NCBI RefSeq assembly: GCF_004010195.1
Contig: NC_057718.1
Span: 67,893,872 to 67,957,871, forward strand
Source: Chiloscyllium plagiosum
Lineage: Eukaryota
Direction: 5' to 3'
Length of the DNA: 64,000 nucleotides
In this document: positions 10,828 through 24,257 of the stretch, piece by piece
How positions within the stretch are numbered: position 1 is the stretch's first letter
Layout: every line of letters starts with the position of its first letter
Made by a program: the position numbers and the translations under genes
Notes under the pieces: generated by a model
Database searches by the model: none
What the model saw: only the letters and a program-made list of their open reading frames with translations
What the model was told of the DNA's origin: nothing

Positions 10828-13410
10828 CCAGGTGCCAGGGTCTGTGATGATTAGATTAGATTCCCTACAGTGTGGAAACAGGCCCTTCGGCCCAATAAGT
10901 CCACAATGACCCTCCAAAGAGTAACCCACCCAGACCCATTTTCCTCTGGCTAATGCATCTAACACTATGGGCAATTTAGCATGGCCAATTCACCTAACCT
11001 GCACATCTTTGGACTGTGGGAGGAAACTGGAGCACCCGGAGGAAACCCATGCAGACACAGGGAGAATATGCAAACTCCACATAGACTGTCGCCCGAGGCT
11101 GGGATCGAACCTGGGTCCCTGGTGCTGTGAGGCAGCAGTGCTAACCACTGAGCCACCATGCCGCCCGGTGATGTTTCGGATAGTGCTTTCGGGGAGGGGA
11201 AGCAGCCCCAAGTCATGGTCCACATAGGCAGCAATGACATAGGTAGGAAAAGGATGGGGGTGTAAGGCAGATATTCAGGGATCTAGACTAGACCTAGAAC
11301 ACAGAGTTGTTATCTCTGGTTTGTTATCCGTACCATGTGCTAATGAGGTGAGGAATAGGGGGAGAGAGCAGTTGAACACATGGCTACAGGGATGGTGCAG
11401 AAAGGAGGGATTGAGATACCTGGATAATTGGAACTCATTGTGGGGTAGGTGGGACCTCTACAAATGGGATTATCTACACCTGAACCAGAGGGGTACCAAT
11501 ATCCTTGGGTGGGGGAGTTGGCTAATGGTCTTTGGGAGGTTTCAAACTAATTCAGCAAGGGGATGGGAACCTGAATTGTAGCTCCAGTGTACAGGAGGTT
11601 GACAGTAATGAGGTCATGAATCAGGTTTCAAGGTTGCAGGAGTATACCGGCGGACAGGAAGTTGGTTTGAAGTGTGTCTACTTCAGTGCCAGGAGCATCC
11701 AGAATAAGGTGTGTGAACTTGCAGCTTGGGTTGATACCTGGAACTTCGATGTTGTGGCCATTTCAGAGACATGGGTAGAGAAAGGAGAGGAATGGTTGCA
11801 GGTTCTGGTATTTAGATTTTTCAGTAAGATCAGGGAAGGAGGTAAGAGAGGGGGAGGTGTTGCATTGTTCGTCAAGAACAGTATTACAGTGGCAGAAAGG
11901 ATGTTTGAGGACTCATCTACTGAGGTTAGAAGAAGGAAAGGAGAGGTCACCCTGTTGGGAGTTTTCTATAGGCTTCCAAATAGTTCTTTATGTTGTCATT
12001 GACTATAGGAATAGTAGCAGAAGACTGGAGGATAGGACACGTTGTCTCCTTGTTCAAGAAGTGGGGTTGAGACAACACTGGTAATTATAGACCAGTGAGC
12101 CTTACTTTTGTTGTGAGCAAAGTTTTGGAAAGCATTATAAGAGATAAGATTTATAATCATCTTAAAAAGGAATAATTTGATTAGGGATAGTCAACATGGT
12201 TTTGTGAAGGGTAGGTGGTGCCTTACAAACTTTATTGAGTTATTTGAGAAGGTGACCAAACAGGTGGATGAGGGTAAAGCAGTTGATGTGATGTTTATGG
12301 ATTTCAGTAAAGCGTTTGATAAGGTTCCCCACGGTAGGCTATTGCAGAAGATTCATAGGCATGGGATTGAGGGTGTTTTAGCAGTTTGGACCAGAAATTG
12401 GCTGAAAAATGACAGAGGGTGGTGGTTGATGAAAAGTGTTCATTCTGGAGTTTAGTTACTAGTGGTGTACTGCCAAGATGTGTTTTGGGGCCACTGCTGT
12501 TTGTCATTTTTATAAACGATCTGGATGAGGGCTTAGAAGGATGGGTTAGTAAATTTGCAGATGACACTAAAGTCGGTGGAGTTGTGGACAGTGCAGAACT
12601 ATGTTGCAGGTTACAGAGCGACATAGATAAGCTGCAGAGCTGGGCTGAGAGGTGGCAAATGTAGTTTAATGCAGAAAAGTGAGGTGATTCATTTTGGAAG
12701 GAGTAACAGGAATGCAGAGTACTGGGCTAATGGTAAGATTCTTGGTAGTGTGACTGAGCAGAGAGATCTCTATGACCATGTGCATAGAAAGTTGCCACCC
12801 AGGTTGATACAGTTGTTAAGAAGGTATACAGTCTGATAGCTTTTATTGGTAGATGGATTAAGTTTCAGAGCCTTGAGGTCATGTTGCAGTTATACACACC
12901 ACATTTGGAGTATTGCGTACAGCTCTGATGGCCGCATTATAGGAAGGATGTGGAAGAAGGGTGCAGAGGAGATTTACCAGGATGTTGCCTGGTATGGAGG
13001 GAAGGTTTGAGGAAAGGCTGAGGGACTTGAGGCTGTTTTCATTAAAGAGAAGATTAAGAGGTGACTTAATAGAGGCATACAAGATGATCACAGGATTATA
13101 TATGGTGGACAGTGAGAGCCTTTTTCTTTGGATGTTGATGGCTAGCGTGAGGGGACATAGCTTTAAATTGAGGGTGGTACATATAGGACAGATATCAGAG
13201 GTAAGTTCCATGCCCTTACTCAGAGTAGTAAGGGCATGGAATGCCCTGCCTGCAACAGTAGTGGGCTCACCAACATTAAGGTTATTTAAATCGTCATGAA
13301 TAAATATATGGATAAAAGTGGAATAGTGTAGGTTAGATGGGTTTTAGATTGGCTTCACAGGTTGGCGCAACATTGAGGGCTGAAGGGCCTGTACTGTGCT
13401 GTTATGTTCT
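10828..13410 (+). mobile_element. CR1 LINE, 5'-truncated with internal deletions (ORF1 esterase part, endonuclease, RT, 3' UTR)
   Basis: VHIGSNDIGRK; LYKWDYLHLNQRGTNIL; DVVAISETW; RGGGVALFVK; QHGFVKGR, DFSKAFDKVPH, FADDTK; stops and frameshifts. Confidence 0.92.
10850..11167 (-). mobile_element. HE1-like tRNA-derived SINE inserted in CR1 ORF1
   Basis: A box tggctcagtgg, B box ggttcgatccc, (TCTAA) tail; duplication gtgatg at 10844-10849 and 11168-11173. Confidence 0.92.
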
Positions 13411-13954
13411 AAAAGTACAAGGAAAACTAATGGGGCAAAAGACCGATAAATTCCCTGGATCTGATAGAATGCATCTTAGGATATTAAAGAAAATAGCTAC
13501 AAAGATAGTAGATAGTGATGATGATCTTTTCAAAAAAGAAAGGAGACAAAGATGGGTAATTATAGACCAGTTAGATTAATATCTGCTATTGTGAACATGT
13601 TAAAGTCTATCAAAAATTATGTAATAGCAAATTATTTTGAAATGAATAATAATATCATGCTGAATCAGCATGGCTTCATGAAAGAGATAGGGTTAGGGTT
13701 AAATGCCTGACAAATTTACGAAAATTGCTTGAGGAGGTAAAGAGCAAGTTAGTAAAGGGAAAGCAGTGGAATGTAATATATTTGGATTTTGGAAGGCACT
13801 CTATAAAGTACAATACATCAGGCTGCTTAATAAGATAAGAGCCTATATTGGAGGTAGTATATTAGCGTGGCTAGAGAATGAGCAAACTAATAAAAGACAG
13901 AGTTAGGGTAAGGGTCAGCATTGCAAACTATCATGCAATGCTCTAGGAATTATT

Positions 13955-14197
13955 GATTAGATTAGATTAGATTAGATTAGATTGCAGTGTGGAAACAGGC
14001 CCTTCGGCCCAACAAGTCCACACCGACCCGCCGAAGCGAAACCCACCCATACCCCTACATTTATCCCTTACCTAANNNNNGAGGAAACCCACGCAGACAC
14101 GGGGAGAACGTGCAAACTCCACACAGTCAGTCGCCTGAGGCGGGAACTGAACCCGGGTCTCTGGCGCTGTGAGGCAGCAGTGCCACCGTGCCGCCCA
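13955..14197 (-). mobile_element. Young HE1-like SINE containing an assembly gap (14076-14080)
   Basis: (TTAGA)n tail, CpG-rich body, tRNA-like head with small A-box deletion. Confidence 0.9.
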
Positions 14198-14960
14198 CTC
14201 TGGGGCAACAATTATTAAGTTTATTAAAGACTTGAATGAGGAAAATGAATGTACTGTAGTCAAGTTTATGGATAACAGAAAAATGGTGGGAAGGCATGTG
14301 ATAAGGATGACTCAAATAGATTAAGTGGGCAAAATATTGGCATTTGGAATATGATGTGGGAAAGTGTTACATTGTGGAATTTAGCAGGAAGAATAAAAGA
14401 GCTGAATATTATTGAAATGGAGCAAGAATGCAGAAGGTTACAGAAGACGAATTTGGTAGTCCTTGTACATGAACCTGGAAAATCTAGAATCCAAGTTCAG
14501 CAGAGAATAGAGAAGGCATGCATTTCAAAGGGAATGGAGTAGGGAGGTCTTACTAAAACTTCTCAAGATACAAGTTCAATCCGAGCTGGAATACTGGGAA
14601 CAGGTTTGGTCCCTTTTATCTAAGGAAAGGTATACTGGCATTAGAGGCGCACTAAAGATTTTTCACTTGGCTAATCCCATGGTGAAGGGACTGTCTCGGA
14701 AATCATTGTAATTTAGAAGCTTGACAGGTGACCTCATTCAAACATTTCAAATTCTTCGGGAACATGACAGAGTAGATGCTGAAAGGTTTTTTTCTTGTTG
14801 AGGAAATTCTAGGAGCAGGTGGCATAATCTCAGAGTAAGGTTTACACATTTAAGACTGAGATGAGGAGGATTTCTTCTGAGGGCAGTGAATCTGTGGAAT
14901 TGTTTAGCACAGCTGGATTGTTAAGTCTACCCTTATCAAGACTAAGATAGATGGATATTT

Positions 14961-15392
14961 AGTCATAGAGACAAAAAGCGTGGAAACAGACCCTTTGGTC
15001 CAACCCGTCCATGCCGACCAGATATCCCAACCCGATATAGTCCCACCTGCCAGCACCTGGCCCATATCCCTCCAAACCCTTCCTATTCATATACCCATCC
15101 AAATGTCTTTCAAATGTTGCAATTGTACCAGCCTCCACCATTTCCTCTGGCAGCTCATTCCATACACGTACCACCCTCTGTGTGAAAAAGTTGCCCCTTA
15201 GGTCTCTTTTATATCTTTTCCCTCTCACCCTAAACCTATGCCCTCATAGCACGCATTATTCCAGCAGTGGCCTAACCAGTGTCCTGTACAGCTGCAACAT
15301 GACCTTCCAACTCCTGTACTCAATACTCTGACTGATAAAAGAAAGCATACCAAACGCTGCCATCACTATCCTATCTGCCTGCGACTCCACTT
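14961..15392 (-). mobile_element. CR1 3' fragment with internal deletion
   Basis: RDLRGNFFTQRVVRVWNELPEE. Confidence 0.9.
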
Positions 15393-17009
15393 ATGGGAAA
15401 AAGGCAGGAAGGTGGAGGTAAGGAATATTAGATCAGCCACGATTTTTGTAAATGACCTACTTCTGCTCCTACCTCTTAGGTCTTATTGTGCTTGAGCTCA
15501 AGTTTGCCAATGTTTTAATGAACACTTCAGTTGTGCGCTGGACCACTATTAAGGAATGTTTCTCTTCAGACTTGGGATGTTTTGTAGACTAATGCTTTTT
15601 GTTGTATATTAATTTTTAAATGAATATTCATGATAATCCATGAATAATAGGGATTTAGTTTGAATGCATCAGATTGGACGATTTTTGGTTAACTCCTCTG
15701 AAATGGTGCTTCCTTGTGAAGGATCCCTTTCTGCTTTTCACCACTTCCGTTGCTGATTCCTCCTTTTAATATTCTGCTTCCCTCCAAGTCCGTGTGTTAA
15801 TTCAGAGATAATTATTCATTTGGATGACACGTTCTCTATCTCATGTCTAAATAAAAGCAACCTAGATAAGCTAGTTGTTATGCTGCCTTAAAGGAAACAA
15901 ATTGAACCCTTTAAATTGCTCAGCAGTGAATCGATCAAAGTGAAAGCAAAGTGGGAGAACATAGAGGAGAAACCCAATTGAGAATTCTAGGCATGAGATG
16001 TTTAAAGGTCTTGTGAGGGATGCATGCCCGGCACTATTTTCAAGTCTCGTTCTTGCTGTAATAAATAAAGCCATTACTGCAAATCTCATTTTAAAAGGAA
16101 CGCCAAAATAATGATGAAGATTGGGGCAAATGCAAGAAATGATTCTCCCTAACATTGTTTTCTGGATTGTATTTTCATGATTTTTGTTACAGTTCTTCCA
16201 ACCCCCGCATAGAACACTACACAAAAAATTTCCCAGCCTGAATTGAAAATCTGCCTCGTTTCCTCAGAAACCGCAGCTGCTGGTAGTGGAAAACACGTCA
16301 GAGTGGCCTTCTAACACGCACAGATGTGCCTTTGTAAATCGAGGAAAACGGAGAGATGAATTGCATGCTAAGGGCAAATATACTCTCTCAGAGAGAAAAA
16401 AAAGCCAGTACAAATGCAAGCTTGTTTTTATTTTAAAGGTTTGTTTTCATGCCCCTACCATTGCCCATATTGTGTTGAAGTTTGAAGCATATCAGTAAGG
16501 ATGAAGCCATGGCTGTTAGCTAGTTTTTTTTATAACTACGAATCTTGTCAAAATCAGTTTACGCAGCCATTTTTCTTTTGGATGCCCTTAATTATAAACA
16601 TAATTTCAGGGGCATTTCCATCCACTTTAATTGTAAAAAAAATTGCTCTGCTTTTTTTTCATTTTTACTCCAATCATGAGTTCTCCTATCTCTCCTTTTT
16701 ATGCCCTCCCCCTTTGACATTTAGCTGGCTGCAGATTTATTGTTTTACGCTGATATGCTGCACTTTGAATAATGCCCCATTTAATTTACTTTTAGGAGGA
16801 GTGTTGTTTGTCATTCCATCTCCTGCCAGATCTTCACCCTTTTTTCTTTCCCAAGCCTGATGAGTTGCAGCTCGTTCTATGTAATTAAAATGAGTGCATG
16901 AGGGTGGTTGAGAGGAAGAAAAAAACACATAAAACTAAGAAGGTTGAAGCTCTGCTGAACCAGACAAAAACAGAGCTGGTTGTGCAAGCATGGAGGAGGG
17001 GTGCCTGTG

Positions 17010-17165
17010 CTGTGATTGGCCCATCTCGGGGCTCAGAGCAGCTGTGGGAGCAGAGCGGTAGATGGCAGTTACTGCTAAAGCACTTTAGTTCCATTTGTTT
17101 AATAGATGTTAGTCAGAGCCAAATGCATGTTCATCAGCCATGACTGGCGGGAAAACTGAGTCAGG
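17010..17165. promoter_or_regulatory. Candidate promoter/enhancer motif cluster
   Basis: ATTGG 17015-17019, CTCF-like GCGGTAGATGGCAG 17055-17068, E2F-like GGCGGGAAAA 17146-17155, AP-1 TGAGTCA 17157-17163, within a TE-poor island. Confidence 0.3.
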
Positions 17166-17282
17166 GCATTTTTTTTGATAAGGGGAGGAGGCAAAGATAG
17201 ACTGAGCCTGTGGACACTTTCATCTTAAAAGGACATTGTTGACCTTGAAGTCGCTATGCTTTCCTTTTGTTCCTACATACAG

Positions 17283-17350
17283 GCACTATTTGAAAACACG
17301 CAACACAGCATCCCATTTAACCCTATGTGTGGACTGTAATTTGTCCTGAG
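17283..17350 (+). other. Candidate non-coding (5' UTR or lncRNA) exon
   Basis: Acceptor tttccttttgttcctacatacag, donor GAG|gtatgt; stops in all three frames. Confidence 0.35.
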
Positions 17351-18325
17351 GTATGTTTTATTTAGTAATGTAAAATGCAAGTTATATAAAGGAAATGTTA
17401 GATTATTTAGGAAGATTCACCAAGGTAATGCAGAAAAATTTATGATGGGCTTTTTCAAAATTAAGGTGAACTGTCACTCGATATTTATAAGAGAGTTAAA
17501 TCTTCTGCGGGGTGGGGAATTCTTATCATGAAGTGATATGATACATAATAAGTTTAAGGCTCGTACGAAGACGTTTGCATCTAAAATCCCCGTGTGTCTC
17601 AACAGTTTATAGAATTGTCACGTTGCTGAAGGAGATCATTCAACCCATTGAGTCTGTGCTAGCTCTGCATTTGTCCCTCGTTAATTAAATAAACAGATTC
17701 TTGCTCCTTCCATTCCCTCACAGGACCTCCAATCTGTTATTGCTATTAATATGGATAAATGCTCTAAGTGAATAAAACATCGCAAAGTGTTGCATATTTT
17801 CGAACATTTAAAGAAGGGAGGAACTGAGAGACTGTTGTCTCTTATGTTGTTACTTTGCAATTCTTTGGGACAGTTCAGGCAGCATCTTTGAAGAGAAAAC
17901 AGAGTTAATGTTTCAGGTCTGTGACTCTCAAGTTGCAGCTTGGCATAGATTCAGTTTGTTTCCAATAGGTTTCTAAATTACTGAAGCGAATTGGGTTTTG
18001 AAGACTTGTGGAAAGATTTTGTTATTTGAAGCCCTAATCCTTCTGTGGAATATTTCATTCTTACCCAGAATGGAGGAGAAATGTTTGATTTCATTATGTT
18101 AAAGTGTGGTGGACATCGCAGCAGAGCCTAATCCTGCTCTTAACTGGATATTATCTCAATAGCAGTAATCCCAATTACTTTTTACATCCCCTCTTAAAAG
18201 TCAAGGTTAGTTATAGAATTTTGACAGCTCAATCACTTTTTGGAGGCAGGTCATTGAACCAATGACCACCTGGTCTTTGTAGCTTTGCATTACACCAGAT
18301 GGATTTATGTCCTTGGCCATTAGTC

Positions 18326-18346
18326 TATATATATATATATATATAT
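18326..18346. repeat. (AT)n microsatellite
   Basis: tatatatatatatatatatat. Confidence 0.9.
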
Positions 18347-19021
18347 CTTTTTATATAACTGTAATAGTTACTGGTTTGATTTTCTGCAGTGGTAAATGGT
18401 AAACTCCTGTTTCTTGATATTGAGATTTAAATTCCTCAGATGGCCCATTCGTTTACTGTACTCAATGTAGTGTTTCTCTTTTGCACCTCCCTTCTGCCCC
18501 ACTCTATCATTAATATCAGAGTAAAACATCTGCATGCTGGAATTCTCTTCCCAAATCCCATCATTTTCCTGCATTCTGTTTCCACCACTTGAAACATTCT
18601 CAATGGTTCTTTCAAGGATCTTGCCAATTCTCAATCCTTTTCAGTTTATTCCCATTTTGTTGGTAGGACCTTGAGATATTTGCTCCCTTAAGTGCACTAA
18701 AGTGTTAGCCTATAGTTGAGTGTTCTATTTCGTTTTCATATCCCAATGTTGAATCAAAATAGAGGGTGGATGGCAAAAAGCTGTTCCCACTCCAAGACCT
18801 CAAGAATGAGGGATTGCATATTTAAAATTGGCTAAAGAAGTGATGTCATGGAATGCACTGTCTTGAGAGTGTGATGAAGGCAAATTCAATTGAAGCAAAT
18901 TCATTTGGAGGGAATTAGACTTTTAGTTGAAAAGAAACAATCTGCAGGGCTGCAGGTAGAAGGCGGAGATTAGTGCCAAATGATATGCTTTATTTAGGGT
19001 TTGTACAAAGAAGATGGGATA

Positions 19022-19323
19022 GGGCGGTGGCGCGGTGGGTCAGTGGCTAGCACTGCTGCCTCACAGCACCAGAGACCCGGGTTCAATTCCAGCCTCTGGT
19101 GACTGTCTGTGTGGCGTTTGCACATTCTCCCCGTGTCTGCGTGGGTTTCCTCCCACAATCCAAAGATGTGCAGGTCAGGTGAATTGGCCGTGCTAAATTG
19201 CGCATAGTGTTAGGGGAAAATATAGGGTAGAGAAATGGGTCTGGGTGGATTACTCTTTGGAGGGTTGGTGTGGACTTGTTGGGCTGAAGGGCCTGTTTCC
19301 ATACTGTAGGGGATCTAATCTAA
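19022..19323 (+). mobile_element. HE1-like SINE within an old CR1 3' remnant (~18740-19350)
   Basis: tRNA head with B box ggttcaattcc; tail gggcctgtttccatactgtaggggatctaatctaa. Confidence 0.92.
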
Positions 19324-21175
19324 ATAGCCTCCTTCTGAACTGTAATAGTTTGGGATGCCGTGAAGTGGGTGAAGATCAGCATGGATTCTCATTAATGACA
19401 ATAATCCAATAATTCCAATTGGAACTCTTTGATACCATTTGGTAATTGGATTTGACTCAACAAAATTATTTTGTTCCTACACGCATTGTTGGCATTTGAT
19501 TAAAGAATAGTCACTTAGATGGGAATTCAAGGGCAACTAGCACTCAAATAACTGTACTTCAGAATGGAGGATTCAGAATATCAGGTTAATCTTGTTCTGT
19601 TTGTGCAGTTTGTTCTTAAAATTGTGAAACATCAATCCATTTCGAACAAATTGTATTGATATCTCACCTTTAATGTAATAAAGCATCCCAAGGTTAGTGT
19701 AAGTGCCATTTTGAGCTCTCTTTAGTTGTCCTTAATTGTTGTATTATTATTGATTTTAAAAGCTAGTAATACAGCCAAGTGATATAAGCACCTTGATTTC
19801 GATTAAATTTGAAGAGACTTGAAAATTATTCTTAACTTGCTCAAAAACTCATTCACTTCCATTCAATTAAAATTGGACCCTTTGGGTTGGAATTTTGTTC
19901 ATTTTACTTTATTGGAGGAGATTTGCTAGTTTGCAGGAGAGTTGGAGACTAAGTAGTGATGTTACAAAAGATGTAAATTTGACAGCACCGGTCTTCGCCT
20001 ATGAAAGTGTGGCCATCCTTTATTTGCCGTTTTGCGTGCTGTGTTATTGCACATTTATTTAGTATACATACTTGAAAGTCTGTATGTTAAGCTCCAGGTA
20101 TTGTAAGACTTTGGTATCATGTCTTAGCCACTTGAGGGCCTCAGTGAGCCATGTAATTGGAGCACCCTTTAATGATAGAGAATAACAAAGCATCTTGTGG
20201 AAATTTAAATTATCTATTTTTGAGTGGCACATCAGTTCCCTATCTCACAAGGAAGTGCTAGAACAGTTGTTCTATTGTTTCATATTAATTGCTCAAGTTT
20301 TAACATAGCTTCATTGTAAGTGATTTATACAACTATCACTATTCCAGCAGGAGTCTTAAGGTCGCAACAGTTATTCTTGATAGGTTTCCAATATTCATTT
20401 TAGCTAATGTCGGCAATAGTGACTCAAGTAGTCTGGAATTCAAATGTAATAATTTGTATATAGGTGTCAATTTGTTAATGCTTCAAAAGACATATGAAAT
20501 ATGGACTCAGTTATAGAATTTATTTTGAATTCGTCACCCCAAATATCTTTGTCAGACTCTCCCTGGATTTCACACATCACAAGCTCCAAATCTGTGAGCT
20601 ATGTTGCCACGTGAAATTAGTGAAGATCAAGTGCTTCCATGAAGGGACAGAAAGAAAATAGAGTGTTAGGTATAGTCAAGACACCAGGGATACTCTCCTC
20701 CCCTCCCCTCCCCACCACAACTCAACTCTGGAAAGCTCAATGATACCACTAAACCATTTTACCAGAACAGGCAAAGTGGGTACCTGGATTTGTTTTCCCC
20801 TGCAGAGACCTTCCCTAACCCAAACAGCCCCTCTACAGGCCAATATTCTGCATGAGATGAAGAACTCTAAGTGGGGAAAAAAAGCACCCTGTAGTAGTAG
20901 TGTCTCTACTTCTGAGCAAGGAGGCCTGGGTTCAATTCCCACTTGTTCCAGAGATGTGTCTGAAGACATTTTAAGAAAATCCACCCTACGTACATTCATG
21001 TCAAGCAGCTCGGATCTCTGGTACCAAGCCTGTCTCAATATGAAAAAAGTTTGATCGTAGTTGCCACAGCTGTGGAACAGAGAGCAAATGAAGAGTCCAG
21101 CCACTTCTCAGCTTCCAAGTCAGAGCTCAGTCCAGAGTATCAAATGCATAATGGAGTTTGAGATTCACTGGAGCC

Positions 21176-21445
21176 AGTACTGAGCCACAGCCAGAGATTC
21201 GGAGATGCAGTCTTTCAGGGCAAGACCTTAAACCGAGGAACCCACTTGCCCCCTGGGTTGGTTGGAAAAGATCTATTGTGAGGTGGGTAGAGAGGGGATG
21301 CGAAAGTTCTCTCCAGTGTGCTGAGACTCAGTGTTCAGCCCTCAACCAACATCATGTTTTAAAAATAAAAGATCTTGGCTGTTGCTATTTGTGGGAGCTT
21401 GCTGGGCTCAAGTTGGCTGCTGTATTTCCTACATTGCAGCAGCTT
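21176..21445 (+). mobile_element. Deu-domain SINE (SacSINE1/AmnSINE-like) remnant
   Basis: ttaaaccgagg, ccctcaaccaacatca and tttgtgggagcttgctg...ttggctgctgtatttcctacatt match the Deu core as I recall it. Confidence 0.7.
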
Positions 21446-21532
21446 TAGAAAAGGTGGGTGTGGAGCTAGTTTAGGGTGTGGAGATTTGAAACCTGTGTAT
21501 TATAGGGAATAGTGGCAGTCAGAACCTGTGGC

Positions 21533-21865
21533 TGGCAAGGTGACACAGTGGATACACTACTGCATCGAAGTGCCAGGGACCTGAATTTGATTCCAGCCTT
21601 GGTTGACTGTCTGTGAGGAGTTTGCATGTTCTCCCATTGTCTGTCTAGGTTTCTGCCAGGTGTTCCAATTTTCTCTCACATCCTAAGATGAGCAGTTTGG
21701 GTGGTTTGACCATGCTAAATTGCCCATAGTGTCCAGGGATGTAAACTAGGTCATGGTAAATGCACAGTTATATGGGAGGGGGGATAGGTCTGGGGGCAGG
21801 GGGATGCTCTTTAGAGGGGCAGTGCAGATTAGTTGGGCCAAATGGTCTTTGATTCTATGATTCTA
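21533..21865 (+). mobile_element. Diverged HE1-family SINE
   Basis: Degenerate tRNA head and catgctaaattgcccatagtg core. Confidence 0.85.
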
Positions 21866-22234
21866 GATGCTGAAGTTACACTTGTGTACCTCGTAAATAT
21901 CAGCTGCCAAAGAATGAAAGCACAGTTTAATTTCTGACTTGTACACGCCTGGCAATGAATATGGAAGTAAAAGAAGAAAGTATAGGAACTAGAGAAAATG
22001 TTAGGGGTGGCGGAATGCACTGAATGATTCTACAATAAAGATGTATTTCATTTAAGTGTGAAAATTTAAGTTTTTTTTTGTCAATTTGTTTATATTTATG
22101 TTTGAGTAGTAGTTAACATCCTTCTCCTCCCTTCGTTCTTCACCAAAAGCATGCTTTGATTGCGAGGTATTAAGGTATTTAAAATGTGGAGTTTTGCTGT
22201 AATTATTATAGGTGCAAGTAATTTATATTGAAGA

Positions 22235-22246
22235 ACATTGGTTCAG

Positions 22247-22278
<32 letters not shown>

Positions 22279-22793
22279 TCCTTCCTTATTGGAAGGATGT
22301 TGTGAAACTTGAAAGGGTTCAGAAAAGATTTACAAGGATGTTGTCAGGGGTGGAGGATTTGAGCTATAGGGAGAGGATGAATAGGCTGGGGCTGTTTTCT
22401 CTGGAGTGTCGGAGGCTGAGGAGTGACCTTATAGAAGTTTATAAAATCATGAGCATGGATAGGATAAATAGACAAAGTCTTTTCCCAGGGGTGGAGGAGT
22501 CCAGAACTAGAGGGCATAGGTTTAGGGTGAGAGAGGAAGGATATAAAAGAGACCTAAGATGCAACTTTTTCACACAGAGGGTGGTACGTGCATGGAATGA
22601 GCTGCCAGAGGAAGTGGTGGAGGCTAGTACAATAACAGCATTTAAAAGGCATTTGAATGGGTATATGAATAGGAAATGTTTAGAGAGATATGCCAGGTGC
22701 TGGCAGGTGGGACTGGATTGGTTTGGGATATCTGGTTGGCATGGACGAGTTGGTCTGAAGGGTCTGTTTCCATGCTGTACATCTCTATGACTC
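22235..22793 (+). mobile_element. CR1 3' fragment
   Basis: KDVVKLERVQKRFTRML...NFFTQRVVRAWNELPEEVVEA; tail ctctatgact. Confidence 0.93.
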
Positions 22794-22794
22794 A

Positions 22795-23680
22795 AATTCT
22801 GTTGATGAAGAGGTGTCTTGGTTTGAAACGTTAGCTTGCTCTCTCTCCATGGATGCTATCTGACTAGATGTGATTTCCATCATTTTTTTGTGTTCCGTCA
22901 TTTCTATTGAAGTTGGTAGTGTTATTTTGCACAAAACAAAATGTAGTTTGATATGTAGTTTCCCTAATGATTTTACATGTGACAGTAGCAAGTAATTTCG
23001 AGTTTGGTATGACTATTTCAGAACTGAAAGGTGTTAGACGATGTTTTTTTTAATGATTTTGACAGGGGCAGAGAAGGAGCAAGAGACAGATCATATGGAG
23101 GTCCAGGGCAAAGGGTTTGCTAATGATGGTGAAAGAGAAAAAGAAATGTAGTATGGATATCAATTAAGGTGTGAAATGGAGAGGATAGATCCTCTTAACT
23201 AAGAGCAAAGGCAAACAGGACAAAGCTGCATGGAGATGGAGACTCAACAATGATATTCATAACTTCAAAAAAATGGCAGTATTATGTCTTTCTCCAATTT
23301 TTCTCACATTCTCTCTTGCCCTCCGCCTCCCCTAATCCCCACACCTTTGCCTTGTTTCTGCCTTGTTTACTTTGCTCTGAATAAGGAGAACCAGTTCTCT
23401 CTCTTTAATATCTTAATTTACATTCATTTTACATCTCTTTCTCTTACACTACCATTAGCCATTCCTTTTGTCTTTTGCACTGGGCTTCTACATCATCTGT
23501 TCTCTTGTACTTCCTTCACCTCTGTCAAAAGTATAAAAAACATTTTCTAACACCTTTCAATTCTGAAGAAGTGTCATACCTGACTTGAAACGTAACTCCG
23601 TTTCACTTTCAAAGCTGCTGTCAGACCTTCTGAGTTTCTCCAGCATTCTGTTTGCTCCAGATTTACAGCATCTGCAATGT
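22795..23680. mobile_element. Old PLE-end fragments including a decayed fold-back
   Basis: ttcagaactgaaaggtgttaga (~23017) is inverted relative to tctaacacctttcaattctgaa (~23546); hammerhead-like CTGAAGA..GAAACGT at 23563-23593. Confidence 0.6.
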
Positions 23681-24257
23681 TCCCCCCCCCTGCCAAGTAT
23701 TTGAACCATACTGACCAGAAAGGATTCCAAGTCAGTTTTCAGTCTCTCTTGTTGAGTTGACTGACAACAATATGCACATTGCCTGCCGACACTGCTGGCT
23801 TTGTCAGGATAGGTTGTTCCTTATTGTTCACTCAAACTGCCTGTGTCCAAATTGGTTATAATTCTATTGCATTGGAGTGGAAATAGCCGATACTGCACTC
23901 CCACATTCAGCACCACTTAAGTGAGAACCGACACAAATGATTGATACCTGTGAAACATGGTTCAGGAAGAAAATAATAGGTTCATTAAAGACTGGAAGAA
24001 AATTGATCGAGAAAAGGAAGCTGCTTGGATCTTCGATTGGAAGACCTGTACTTAATATAAAAGAGCGGTATAAAACGGTGCTTCCTGGCATGTATCATCT
24101 AATACCATTGCAACTCTCAGATACTGAAGCAGTCTGTTAATCTAACGCAACAAGACCTGGACGATATCCAAGCCTGGCCGGAAAACTGGCAAAGAACACT
24201 CGTGCTGCAGAATGCCAGGCAATTACTCTCTCCAGTAAAAGACGATCTAACCATTGC

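Larger units (their letters stand above)
13410..15490 (+). mobile_element. Older CR1 subfamily remnant, interrupted twice
   Basis: DKFPGSDRMHLRILK, degenerate NYRPV, QHGFMK and VVKFMDN motifs. Confidence 0.75.

Noticed and set aside
10850..13410. Head-to-head SINE-CR1 chimeric element
   Set aside because: CR1 ORF1 sequence continues on both sides of the SINE with a gtgatg duplication, so this is ordinary nesting
19022..19100. Functional tRNA genes at A/B-box motifs (also 11090-11167, 63670-63740)
   Set aside because: They continue into SINE bodies and tails and lack a complete cloverleaf
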